Of a stretch of 64,000 nucleotides of DNA, positions 52,047 through 63,648 are shown in pieces. Under the pieces are notes generated by a model. The model was not told the DNA's origin. It worked only from the letters and a program-made list of their open reading frames with translations, and made no database searches. The translations under genes and the position numbers were made by a program. The stretch is from Mobula hypostoma (Eukaryota), in NCBI RefSeq assembly GCF_963921235.1, contig NC_086097.1:215948001-216012000 (forward strand). Direction: 5' to 3'. Every line of letters starts with the position of its first letter. Position 1 is the stretch's first letter.

Positions 52047-52082
52047 AGTCCTGACGAAGGGTTCCGGCCCGAAACGTCGACT
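52047..52082 (+). ncRNA. Minimal type I hammerhead ribozyme motif (PLE-associated)
   Basis: AGUC-CUGACGA-AGGGuuccggCCC-GAAAC-GUC^GACU. Confidence 0.75.
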
Positions 52083-52887
52083 CATCGTTTCTGACTGATG
52101 CTGCCCGACCCGCTGAGTTCATCCAGTGTACTGAAAGGGTATAAATACCACTGGACTAGATATGCCCAGGTATCACCACTGATGAAGATGGCAGTGTTTG
52201 TTATAATTCCATCAGAGTCAGTTATAATCGATACCTGAACCCGGCTGGAAGCCCAAGAAGAGTTTATTCGCCATATATGCCAGAAAAGCACAAGATACTT
52301 TTTCAATAAGTCTCTGTGTTAAATAACTCCATCTGAATTACCTCATCAAGCAGTTCACACACCAAATGCTCCTCTAGTGCCTCACTTGAAGTCGCATTTT
52401 TCACGTGTTTATAGCTTGACCACACATTCTCAGATCCAGTTGTAAAGATGAGACCCTGACTTTCAAATATCTGAAGGCACTGGGTTAAAATACCACAGCA
52501 AAGTGTTGACAATAACCTTATGATGGATGTATATTGTTCAGGGTGCTGATAAATTTCATGATGACTCAAATGCCTCCAGCCCTATGGCCAGTACCAGTAT
52601 TACCTTTCTCCTGCTGGGGTTTTTACTAACTTCTCCCAGGACACTAACTTTAACGTTTCTTCTCAGAAAGATCTTCAAGCATTGCATGCATAGAGCAAAT
52701 GATTGAGACCTTGTGCTTTACAAGCTCACTGACTTATCTGTTCTGTCCACTGCGTGCTTCCATCATTTTCTGCCTATAGAACCCCATTATCTATTGTTTT
52801 GCTCCTGACTAGTTCTTGCCTAGTTCGAGAAGTGACATCCCAATTTACTGACAATGCACTTCTTCTCTATTGTAGGTACGAACGTAG

Positions 52888-53126
52888 GAGTTTATTGTTT
52901 AGAGATACTGTATGGAAACAGGCCCTTCCGGCCTAACAAGCCTGTGGCACCCAAGTGACCAATTAGCCTAATAACTAGCCATACATCTTCAGAGAGTGGG
53001 GAAAAAGCTGGAGCTCCCAGAGAAAATCCACGCAGTCACGGGGAGATCATACAAACTTTGTACAGACAGCGGTGGAGTTGAACCCGGGTCGCTGGTGCTC
53101 TAATAGTGTTATGCTAATTGCTATGC
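52888..53126 (-). mobile_element. V-SINE/HE1-like SINE
   Basis: ggagctcccagagaaaatccacgcagtcacggggagatcatacaaact...gagttgaacccgggtcgctgg...gttatgctaattgcta. Confidence 0.85.
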
Positions 53127-55049
53127 TTCAAGTGAAAGCCATTTATGTGAATGTTCTGTGATATAATTATATCCTTTGTTATTCATCAGTATTGAGCCTG
53201 TCAATTTTCAAGCCTGCAGAGGAACTCCAAACTTCCAATGTGCCACCTCCGTTGAAATAAACATCCTTTCTGCAGGCTTTCATCAGCTGTGTCACTACTT
53301 CCACAAAAGCTCCTGGTCTTTACTTCAGATTTCCAGCTTCTGAAGTATTCTACTTTTTTTTATATAGAAAAAGAAATTGGACTTACAGTTAGGTAGGCAT
53401 ACATGCAAACTTGTTTTACAAAGGCAAGGGGCCACATTGCAAATCATGGTGAAATATATATAAGCAGATAACATCTTAACAACAATATTATTTAACTCTC
53501 CCTACTTCCCAAAAAAAAAGACAGCCAATACTTTACAGGCAAACAACATTTGCTGAACTACTTATATTATTTAAATGTCTTAATATTAAGTAGATTTTCC
53601 AATTTCATGACATACCAGTGATATTAAACCCGATTCTGATTCTCCCCAGTTTAAGACCTACATACATTGATACGTCAACATATTGTTAAGAGAAGAAATC
53701 CTCTACAAATTAATTTTACTTTCCCATAATTAAATGGTAATAGCTTATTTAGTTAACCTGTTATTCTCTAAAGTACACAACTACTTAACTCATTCCTTGT
53801 GTTCATCATAAATACATTCTGAAGTTTGACTGTTAGCATGTCAAGTGTAATAGAAGCTTCTTTTTACTGTCAAAGTAATCAAAGGGAGGTTGAAAATGGG
53901 ACCTCTGAACAGATGCTGCCCAATCAAAAACCTTAAAGGACAAGACTGTGTGGCCAGATGTTGGAATGACCTTCGGACTAAGGAGCATGCTGATATGGCA
54001 TTGATTTAGATGGTTGTTGGCAGGGGTTTTATTCCAGCAACAGGAAAAGCAGAAGGTAAAGAAAAATCCTTTTCTGGTGTTCCCTTCAAACAAAATTTAC
54101 AAGTACTGGTCGACAGGGCTGATATCTGTCAAAGATGTAGAACTCACCATGAAATCCTGCCAGTAGGTATCACATCAAAATGAATTACTTGACTGAACAC
54201 AAACATCTTAAGGCTGTGCCAAGCTGCATCCCTTTCAACTTTGTAACAGCTGTATTTGTCGGAATACATATTTGAAATAATTAAAGTTAGGTCAATACTC
54301 AAAAGGTGTTACAATCTTTGAAGACACTAGAGATGTAACTAATTGTACAATCACTGGTTATTTACAGCGAGTGATATACATAGGCATATAGAAAGAGATT
54401 ATATTTTGATTGCAGCTGGAATAACTGATGGATACAGCATAATAATGTCAGAAGCAAAACTCTTCGCATAATGCTCCATACAGTTAAGTCAAATCATTTC
54501 TGAAATATCACTCTGTTCTTCTGTGAAAATTAACATGATGAAATATGGCTTTAGCCTGGAACACTCAATTTTTGCTGGGTGTTGCAATCATATTTCTCAT
54601 GTACATCAAACACAATAAATTCTGAACAAAGAAAAGATCCTTGAGATGACCAATGTACAATATCAATTATCTGTTACAATACTTCACGCACATTTTGTCT
54701 TTCTTTGCTCCAAGAACAATCCCATCTTCTCCGGTCTAACTTTAAAGCTTAATCCCTGGAATCAATCCAGCCAATGGCTTCTAAATCCTTTCTGGAACCC
54801 TTACCTCCCTCCTAAAGTGTGGAGCTAATGCTTCAAAACACCAGCTATTGTACAGATAATGCTCTGTAAAGATTCAACAAACCTCCCTGCTTTTATATTC
54901 TATGAACCAATTTACAAAACTGAGCAAAACACACTCTCTATGATCTTCACTTGTGACATTCTGGTGGCGCACCTTCAGGCTAATCGGATGATCTGGCGCT
55001 TTGCTATCTCCGAGAGGGTTTGATGAGGCTGCAATGAAAGAGTGTGGCA

Positions 55050-55725
55050 GGACGGCCAGGAAGCCAGGATATGGGGTGTGAGCCCATGATCGGCTCCATC
55101 TCTCGCCGATGAAAGCACTGGAGACGACTGAAGTCACCAAGATGTGTGCGAAGGCCGAGCGAGTGTTCAGCACGGTCTATCAGCCTCACTCACTGCCGCC
55201 GGAGGAGGGTGTCTGCGTGTGACAGTCTCTCTCTCTCTGTCTCTCTCACTGCTCTTGAGGGAAGGTCCCTGTGTTCAAATGGTCTCTCTCACCCTACATG
55301 CTGTTGGAGGAGGGTACCAGAGCAAGGTTTCATCGCCACGCTTTGTCGATTTTGACTCCACTTCAGGTGTATGATGTGAACTACTTCTGGCCGCTACTTT
55401 TGGGCAACTTTTGAATCGGGGTGGCATGCAGATAATGAACACTGAGCTGAACTGCAACACGCCTTCTAATTTTGAGTTTTATATTCTGTGTTTTCACACT
55501 TTTTTATTGCCGTTTACATGATTTTTTGTGTGTGGGGGGCGTGGGGAGTTTAATTTTTTAAAATATTTTCTTTGATCACAGTTGGAGGCAGTTCCATAGG
55601 TTCCATAGTTCTTTGTTTCCATAGTTGGTTGCATAGTTCTTTGTTTTCTGGCTGTCCTTGGGGAAGACGAATTTCAGGGTTGTATGCATACATACTTTCA
55701 TAATAATTATAGTTTGAATCTTTGA
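55050..55725 (+). mobile_element. Unclassified non-LTR repeat, copy 1
   Basis: Shares agcccatgatcg.ctccatctc, gagcgagtgttcagcac and gataatgaacactgagctgaactg with 58165-58750 (opposite strand). Tail gaatttcagggttgtatgcatacata...tttgaatctttga. Confidence 0.75.
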
Positions 55726-56066
55726 AGAGGTTGCCAGACACATTATCAATTACACATGTACATGTAATTCCTTCAATTTTACAAATCAGTAACAACTAGA
55801 CACAACCATATCTACCTTCTAACTCGGGTCACTGTTAATGAAAATATAATTGACCTCCCATTATGTTATACACGGACAGCCTTCAGTTGCCACAGAGATT
55901 ACAGCTGACAAGTAGTTAGTCCAGAGAATGTAAACATATTCTAAAAACACCCAGTTTGTACTTGTATGACACTACAGTCTTAATTTGGCAATCAAGCACA
56001 AGGTAGGTTGATTACTGTGATTAAGGAGCTACTTTGTGAACAAAGGTAATATACTTACTGGACTGG

Positions 56067-57005
56067 TAGACAATAGGTGCAGGAGTAGGCCATTCGGCCC
56101 TTCGAGCCAGCACCGCCATTCACTGTGATCATGGCTGATCATCCACAATCAGTATCCAGTTCCTGCCTTATCCCCATAACTTTTGATTCCACTATCTTTA
56201 AGAGCTCTATCCATCTCTTTCTTGAAAGCATCCAGAGACTTGGCCTCCACTGCCTTCTGGGGCAGAGCATTCCACATATCCACCTTATGAAAAAGTTTCT
56301 CCTCAACTCCATTCTAAATGGCCTACCCCTAATTCTTAAACTGTGGCCTCTGGTTCTGGACTCACCCATCAGCGGGAACATGCTTCCTGCCTCCAGCATG
56401 TCCAATCCCTTAATAATCTTATATGTTTCAATAAGATCCCCTCTCAGCCTTCTAAATTCCAGTGTATACAAGCACAGTCGCTCCAATCTTTCAACATATG
56501 ACAGTCCCTCCATCCCGGGAATTAACCTTGTGAACCTACGCTACACTCCCTCAATAGCAAGAATGTCCTTCCTCAAATTTGGAGACCAAAACTGCACACA
56601 GTACTCCAGGTGTGGTCTCACCAGGGCCCTTTACAGCTGCAGAAGGACCTCTTTGCTCCTATACTCAATTCCCCTTGTTATGAAGGCCAGCATGCCATTA
56701 GCTTTCTTCACTGCCTGCTGTACTTGCATGCTTGCTTTCAGTGACTGATGTACAAGAACACCTAGATCTCATTGTGCTTCCCCTTTTCCTAACTTGACTC
56801 ATTTAGATAATAACCTGCCTTCCCGTTCTTACCACCAAAGTGAATAACCTCACATTTATCCACATTAAACTGCATCTGCCATGCATCTGCCCACTCACCC
56901 AGCCTGTCCAAGTCACTCTGCATCCTCATAACATCCTCCTCACATTTCACACTGCCACCCAGTTTTGTGTCATCTGTAAATTTGCTAATGTTACTTTTAA
57001 TCCCT
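56067..57005 (-). mobile_element. CR1 LINE, 5'-truncated, relatively well preserved
   Basis: MEGLSYVERLERLCLYTLEFRRLRGDLIETYKIIKGLD; terminus tagacaataggtgcaggagtaggcc. Confidence 0.95.
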
Positions 57006-57530
57006 TAGGGTAGGGTAATGAATACCTGGAATTTTCTGCCCCAGACGATAGTGGGGGGAGGGTGGTTGGAGATATTTAAGGTGAAAATAGATAAACATTT
57101 GAAATGCCAAAGAACTTAAGAATTGAGGCAGGCAGGAATCAGCTATGTTCATAGCGAGATATGAGGCAGACTTAAGGCTCAACTCCTGCTTATATATTCA
57201 TATGCTTGTCGGATGAATGAGTTCCAACCTTACTGAAATATACACCAGCGTCGGTGGCATGAGAGGACAGATGCTAAGGTGATGTTTTCCCCATTATGGG
57301 GTCACTCTTTAAAGATAAAGATGGAGGAAATTTTGATGGAGTGTGTGAATCTTCAGAATCATCTATTCCAGAGAGTTGAGGGCATTGAACGAGATGGCTG
57401 TTGGCAATGATGTTATTACGCATACCCGAGACGGGCAGGTTTTGGGTCCCCTGAGGAACCATGTGAACCAGCAGGAAAGTGGAGCTAAGGCCATGATCTC
57501 ATTGAAAGGCTTAATGCCTGCTATCCCTGA
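57006..57530 (+). mobile_element. Two old CR1 3' fragments
   Basis: ggagatatttaaggtgaaaatagataaacatttg...ctcctgcttata; gatgttttccccattatgggg...ggccatgatctcattgaa. Confidence 0.6.
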
Positions 57531-58164
57531 AGCACACTGGGGGCTTAGAGTTCCTTTGCAGCTCAATACTGAGGAGAAACTTTGCTACCAAAGGATATAA
57601 TTGCATCACATAGCATTCATATACATTGTCTTTACTTTAAATGTGAATTATTGTGTAAACTTTGACAATATCATTAGGTCTGTAGACAAGAAGGAAATCC
57701 AAATCTAAGGTAAATGTATTAAGTCTAAACATACTTTGGTGCTCTTGTCTTCCAACTTCCTTGCTTTCCTCGTCAGTTTCTTTCTGGGTAATGACGACAC
57801 TTATTTATAAAGGAGATTATCACTTCCATACCTTGTAACGTAAGTTTTCTATTTGTGGTAATTACTCACATTGATAAAATTTTGCCGTCTCCTGTATATT
57901 CTGCAACTGGTTCAATGAAAGATTTACCATCTTTGCCAAAAACCATGAGTTTAAAATCAGTAATTTTTTAAAATATATATTCCAAGGTAGCTTTGAATAC
58001 TGTCATTCTGAATGTTCTGTTCTTGAATTAATAGTTTGCTGATGACCATCCAAAATATTTCATGGACAAACACCACGAAAATGGAACTCCAAACATGAGC
58101 ACGATGTAATTATTAATTAGTAACTTCTTGTTAACTGTTATGTCTTTCAGACAGCGAATACAAA

Positions 58165-58750
58165 GATAAAATTCAGGGTTCAAAGCATATTTACTATCAA
58201 CTATGTATGCAGTATATGACCCTGAAATTCATCTTCCCCACAGACAGTCTCGAAATGGAGAACAACTATGGAACCAACCCGTTCAAAGAAAAATATCAAA
58301 CAAAAAAACTGTGCAAATGGCAAAAAAAATCACCGAAAACACAGAATATAAAACACAAAATCAAAAAGCATATTTCAGTTCAGTTCAGCTCAGTGTTCAT
58401 TATCTACAGCCTGTCCTGATTCAAAAATTGCCCAAAAGTAGTAACAAAAAAGCGAGCGACTAGAAACTGGAACACATGCCAAATCTGATTTAAGATTCCA
58501 AATCAACAACCTGAGTCGATTAAACCTTGCTCTGGCACCATCCCCGACGGCACCGAGGGAGAGGGATCACTCGGAAGCAAGGATCGTTCCTGAGAAGCAG
58601 CGAGCGTGAGGGTGGTAATCGGTGCTGAACACTCGCTCGCCCTCCGCACCTGCCTCAATGATTTCAATCTTCCTCGACACTTTAATCGGTGAGATCCGTG
58701 GGAGATGGAGTCGATCATGGGCTTCCTGAAAAGGTTTCCTGGTTTTTTCT
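58165..58750 (-). mobile_element. Unclassified non-LTR repeat, copy 2
   Basis: Reverse-complement similarity to 55050-55725. Confidence 0.75.
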
Positions 58751-58851
58751 ACCATTTTCTAATAGGATGTATCGTATAGTATATCATACCATATATAGTT
58801 TATGTTGCTTTTCTCAAGTATTCATTAAATCAAATGTATAAACATTTATAG

Positions 58852-58970
58852 CATGAAAACTGCAGATGCTGGAAATCTGAAATTAAAAAAAAAATTGCGA
58901 GAAACACAGATTGATGACCTATATCACTCCACAGATGGTATCTGGCCTACTGAATAGTTCTGATATTTTC
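58852..58970. mobile_element. Old PLE tail fold-back remnant
   Basis: aaaactgcagatgctggaaatctgaaa followed by ctccacagatggtatctggcctactga. Confidence 0.55.
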
Positions 58971-60057
58971 AACAACAGCCTCTCACTGCCTGCCTGTGCC
59001 AGCTCTTTGTTAAGGCAGAACAGTAGTAAAACAAAACTATACTGACTCAGCTGCTCCACTTCCCCTGCTGTATCCTTCTCTGCTCCAACTATTTACTCTA
59101 TCCAAACTACTCTCAGAAAATCCAGTCTTCTGAAATCTTTCTGACATTCCATGAAATGATAAAATTCCCTGTGCAAAATTCCCTTTGGGAGCAAAGAGTG
59201 GTGCTCGTGGTGGGTAAAATTAGAGCACGTTGTCCTGAGAGTAACCATCAAACCTGCAAGAGCCCAGTGAAGATAGACTACTCTGGATTGGGACTCCTTA
59301 AAGCATTCATCTGATCCTTCCAGGAATCCCCCCCCCACCCCCCCAACCCATTTCCCATCCCCAATTCTGTATTGACATCCTCCTAACACAGCTTCCAAAA
59401 CCTCTATCAGCGTGCTCCTTCTCACATCCCCAACCAACCCCAATCTGACTCGCCATTGTGCCAAGGTGCCCATTTCAGTCATCTCCAACCATCTTGCCCC
59501 AGGCTCCATTCATCCCAACACACCCACCCACCAGCCCTTCACAGTCACTTACCTTCTTCCTAGCCTGACCCAGTCCCTGAACTACTGCTGCTGGCTGCCA
59601 GCCTCTTTCTCACAGAGCCCCAAACCACAGACTAGTTTCAGCGCCAGGCTGCTCTTTATTGTGGTGGACTCATGACTAAGAAGGTTGCTAGTGTGCAGCA
59701 GCTACAGCCACCCAGTGCTCCCAATCGTGTGCACCAGAATTTCCAGGCTTCTGAGTGATTAAACTTGGGTGATGCTCGGCACTTGTCAAAACCAGTATCT
59801 GTCTAGCACGTCGCAGACTGTTGAAAATTGACAGTAGAGGATGTTTAAATAGATTAAGCCCCAGGAGAAAAGCAAAACAGATAGAAAATGTGTGGCTCCA
59901 AAATACATCAGAGCAACTTCTGTAAACATCATGTCAGAATGGGAGAGAAAAGAATAATTGTTCTTTTTTCATAGTTCAGTGCAGACGCTGTAGGTGATGA
60001 ATCTAAATAATCAGTAAAATAAATATAAAAATAATACTGAGTATAGATTAGATAGCA

Positions 60058-61016
60058 CTATTGCTTGCCATCTATATCAACGATCTGGGTGATAATGTGG
60101 TTAACTGGATCAGCAAGTTTGCAGATCACACCAAGATTGGGGGTGTAGTGGTCTGTGAGGAAAGCTATCGTGGCTCGCAGAGGGATCTGGATCAACTGGA
60201 AAAATGGCAGATGAAATTTAGTGCAGATAACTGCGACGTGTTGCACTTTGGTAGGACCAACCAGGGTAGGTCTTACACAGTGAATGATAGGACACTGAGG
60301 AGTCTGGGAGAACAAAGGGATCTGGGAATACAGGTCTACAATTCATTGAAAGCCGTATCACAGGTAGATAGGGTCGCAAGGAAACTTTTGGTACATTGGC
60401 CTTCATAAATAATGTAGGGCCTACAAGGGATGTTATGTTGAAGTTGTACAAGACATTGGTGAGACCTAATTTGGAGTATTGTGTGCAGTTTTGGTCACCC
60501 ACCTACAGGAAAGATGTAAATATGGTTGAAAAAGTACGGAGAAAATTTACAAGGATGTTGCCGGGTCTGGAGGACCTGAGCTATAAGGAAAGATTGAATA
60601 GGTTCGGACTTCATTCCTTAGAACGCAGAAGATTAAGACAAGACTTGATAGGGGTATACAAAATTATGAGGGATATAGAGAGAGTAAATGCAAGCAGGCT
60701 TTTTCCACTGAAGTTGGGTGAAGCAGAGGTCATGGGTTAAGAGTGAAAGGTGAAAAGTTCAAGGGGAACATGAAGGGAAACTTCTTCACTCAGAGAGTCA
60801 TGACAATGTGGAACGAGCTGCAAGCATAGCGGAGCATGCGAGCTCGATTTCAAAGTTTAAGAGAAGTTTGGATGGGTACCTGGATGGTAGGGGTATGGAG
60901 GATAATGGCCCCAGTGCAGGTCAATGGGGGTAGGCAGTTTAAATGGTTTCAGCAAGGACTGGATGTGCCGAAGGGCCTGTTTCTGTGCAGTACTTTTATA
61001 CGACTCTATGACTATG
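60058..61016 (+). mobile_element. CR1 LINE, 5'-truncated
   Basis: IYINDLG..ISKFADHTKIGG and LYKTLVRPNLEYCVQFWSP; tail actctatgactatga. Confidence 0.95.
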
Positions 61017-61951
61017 AAAAACATCAATGATGATTGTAAGGAGCAATTAAGCTGTGCCCATTTGACCTAATGGAGGAAAGGTGAATTTTGTCCTGCCATG
61101 ACTTCTGCAATCAGCCAAACTCTAACATCACTGCTGATTTGGGCATCACCACAAGCTTCATTTCCACGATTGGCCTGCACACATTTAAAGTAGTTATGAC
61201 TGATTAAAGCCAACCTACTCCTCTGAAAGGGGAGCTGCGACATGGCTAGAAATGGAAAGTGGAACTCTTTCCAGAGGGCTTCACAACCTACTCGTACGTG
61301 GTAGAACAGAGCCATGAACTAGCAGTCAGATTTTCAAATGCTGGACTCCACATCCTGGTAGATGCAGGATTGACAAGAAGAATATGATTTAATACTAGAG
61401 TGGGAAATCCTTGAAGCTGGGAGGAAACAGCTCTCAACATCAGAGCAAGGTGTGCTGTTCCAAAGAAATAAATGCTCATCAATGGATTCTAATGGGGAGG
61501 TTAAGACACCATCCACATTCTATTGTGTAACAAATTCCAAAGTCACAATAGTAAGTTACTGGGATACTATCTGCCCTGCACTTCTAATGGCTCTGCAGTC
61601 TGAATACTGTTATCCATTTTCAGGTATCTCTCCTTTATCTATGGTATCACATTTTTAGATGGGGCATCAGTACCGGCAACTCTAACAAATGAATGCCACT
61701 GCTGGTGACCACACAGGGAGTTATCTTTTATGATGCCACCTCTGACGCAGATAGAAAACAGATGCATGGTTACTACAATTAGCATTTTGTATGCTCCATT
61801 TCTGACTTGCAACACAGGGTTTTCTCAAGGCATTAGTAATTCACTTTATCAGTTGCCTTGCTCCATCAGTATAATTTAATGTTTAACTAGTTCTTAAATG
61901 AATAACGGCTTTTGTTCCTTTACATTGTCTCATTCTGGAAGAAATTTAGAC

Positions 61952-63135
61952 CAGGGGCCCCCAACCTTTTTTGCACTGTGGACGGGTTTAATATTGACAA
62001 TATTCTTGCGGACCGGCCAACCGGGGGGGGGGGGGGGGGGGGGGGGAGGGGGAGGGAGGGGTAGGGTTGCCAACGGACAAGAGTAGCAGTCAAATACGTT
62101 GTGTTTACCCCAGAAAGATTACAATGACCATGAAGCTTTGCGCGGGCACCAGTGCGCATCGCATCGTGTACGTGCCGATTTTTCTACAAATCGTTTTTGG
62201 CGACTCTGTTCGGGGGGTGTTAATCACGACCGGAATATAGGTGATAAGTGGCTAATACTCTCAATTTCATTTCTAAAAGGGTTTATCTAACGAATTTAAT
62301 ATTAAACACACAGCGCATATTTTCCTCACATGCATATAGTGATAAGTCAATTATCGGGAGGACAGGAAGTAAGTGTTGAACGAACTTCCAGTAGAAGTGG
62401 CAGAAGCAGGTCCGATATTATTATTCAAAGAAAAATTGGATAGGTATACAGACAGGAATGGAGGTTTATGAGCTGAGTGCAGGTCAGTGTGCCTAGGTGA
62501 GAATAGCGTTCGGCACGGACTAGAAGGGCAGAGGTGGCCTGTTTCTGTGCTGTAATTGTTATATGGTTACATAAGTCAATAGCATCATAATATTTTAAAT
62601 AACGTTTGGATATTAAACACACAGCACATATTTTCCTCGTATGAACATATAAAATCATTGCAACACACCAATATCGCTGAATCAGTGGGAACCCTGGGCT
62701 TGTTTCCTGGCAACAAGACGGTGCCATCGAGGGGTGATGGGAGACAGTGATACTCGAAGGGAAATCCTCATGCCCAGTCTATTCCGCATTTTAGTTTTCA
62801 TTGCATTCATTGCAGAGATATGTTGGAAATGGAAGCAATGTTTTCAGTGATTTCGTGGCTATCTCAGGATATTTAGCCTTGACTTTGATCCAGAATGCCG
62901 GCAGAGATGTTATGTCAAACGTACTTTTCAGCCCGCCGTCATTTGCAAGCTTGAGGAGTTGATCTCCTTCCCGCACTGACATGGATGACACGCGGGTAAT
63001 GACCTCGCGTGCGTTCAAGCTCAACAGTGTGCGACAGGGATGAGGAAAGGTGCAGCTGACTCATATCGCCAAATCATATCGTTTCCTCGCAGCCCGGTAG
63101 CGCATGCTTTGCAGCCCAGTGGTTGGGGACCCCTG
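61952..63135 (-). mobile_element. Charlie/Buster-type hAT deletion derivative with transposase C-terminal remnant; TSD atttagac/atttacac
   Basis: TIRs caggggcccccaacc / ggttggggacccctg; 7/8 TSD at 61944-61951 and 63136-63143. Peptide DQLLKLANDGGLKSTFDITSLPAFWIKVKAKYPEIATKSLKTLLPFPTYLC (hAT dimerisation domain, ZBED5/SCAND3-like). Confidence 0.93.
62352..62570 (+). mobile_element. CR1 3' end nested in the hAT element, flanked by ataagtcaat repeats
   Basis: aacgaacttccagtagaagtgg...ttggataggta...ggcctgtttctgtgctgtaattgttatatggtt; repeats at 62342-62351 and 62571-62580. Confidence 0.8.
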
Positions 63136-63164
63136 ATTTACACCACACTGTATTCTGAGTGCAA

Positions 63165-63515
63165 AGGTCAAAGTTCAAGGCTGGCGAGTCCGAAAGTTGA
63201 AGCTCCTAGGTCGTAAGTCTGGAAGTTGGAGTTCCACAGGTGGCCGGTTTTGGAGTTGGAGGCCCAGCTGTGTCTGTGGGTGGAGTGGTGGGAAAGGTGT
63301 TTGTTTACTTGTTGTTGGTGCTTGTCTGGTACGTTGGCTGCGTGTTGTTCTGCTGAACACTGTGGACAGATGATCTTGGTGCTGAAATGTGTGGCAACAC
63401 TTGCAGGCTGCCCCTATCACATCCTTAGATTGCATTGGTTGTTAATGCAAATAACACCTTTCACTAAATTTCAATGTACAGGTGATTAATTAGGAAATAC
63501 ATCTAATCTAATCCA
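63165..63515 (+). mobile_element. Unclassified SINE/LINE-tail repeat
   Basis: gtgtggcaacacttgcaggctgccc...ttggttgttaatgcaaa, similar to the reverse complement of 37460-37575; ctaatctaatc tail. Confidence 0.55.
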
Positions 63516-63648
63516 ACCCCACTGACTAAGAGTGATTGTAAATGTTCTGTTTTTATTATTCCCAAGTACTTTCAGAAACAAGAGCAAACCATCAAACAAT
63601 ATACAAAAGTCTACTTCCAGATCTGACTGCTCGCTAATCTGCGCCCCA

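Larger units (their letters stand above)
50701..52137 (-). mobile_element. Young Neptune-type PLE, 5'-truncated with inverted pseudo-LTR; 14-bp TSD aagggtataaatac
   Basis: One frame with a single internal stop (51598-51600): DSHNYLDYTSSHP..NAIPYSQFLRLRRI...PCKRKCYTC...FTCESVGVIYCIRCSQCGLLYNSETRRRLGHRFVEH...LEEQHLIYRLGSLQPLGMNIEF. Inverted arms 50739-50979 / 51899-52137. Confidence 0.95.

Noticed and set aside
56125..56748. 207-aa plus-strand ORF
   Set aside because: It is the antisense frame of a CR1 element.
59546..59640. Strong minus-strand donor AAG|GTAAGT whose frame would give ...VRLGRR joined to PGEPP, as a candidate P450 exon 1
   Set aside because: There is an in-frame TAG ten codons upstream, no ATG in between and no hydrophobic membrane anchor.
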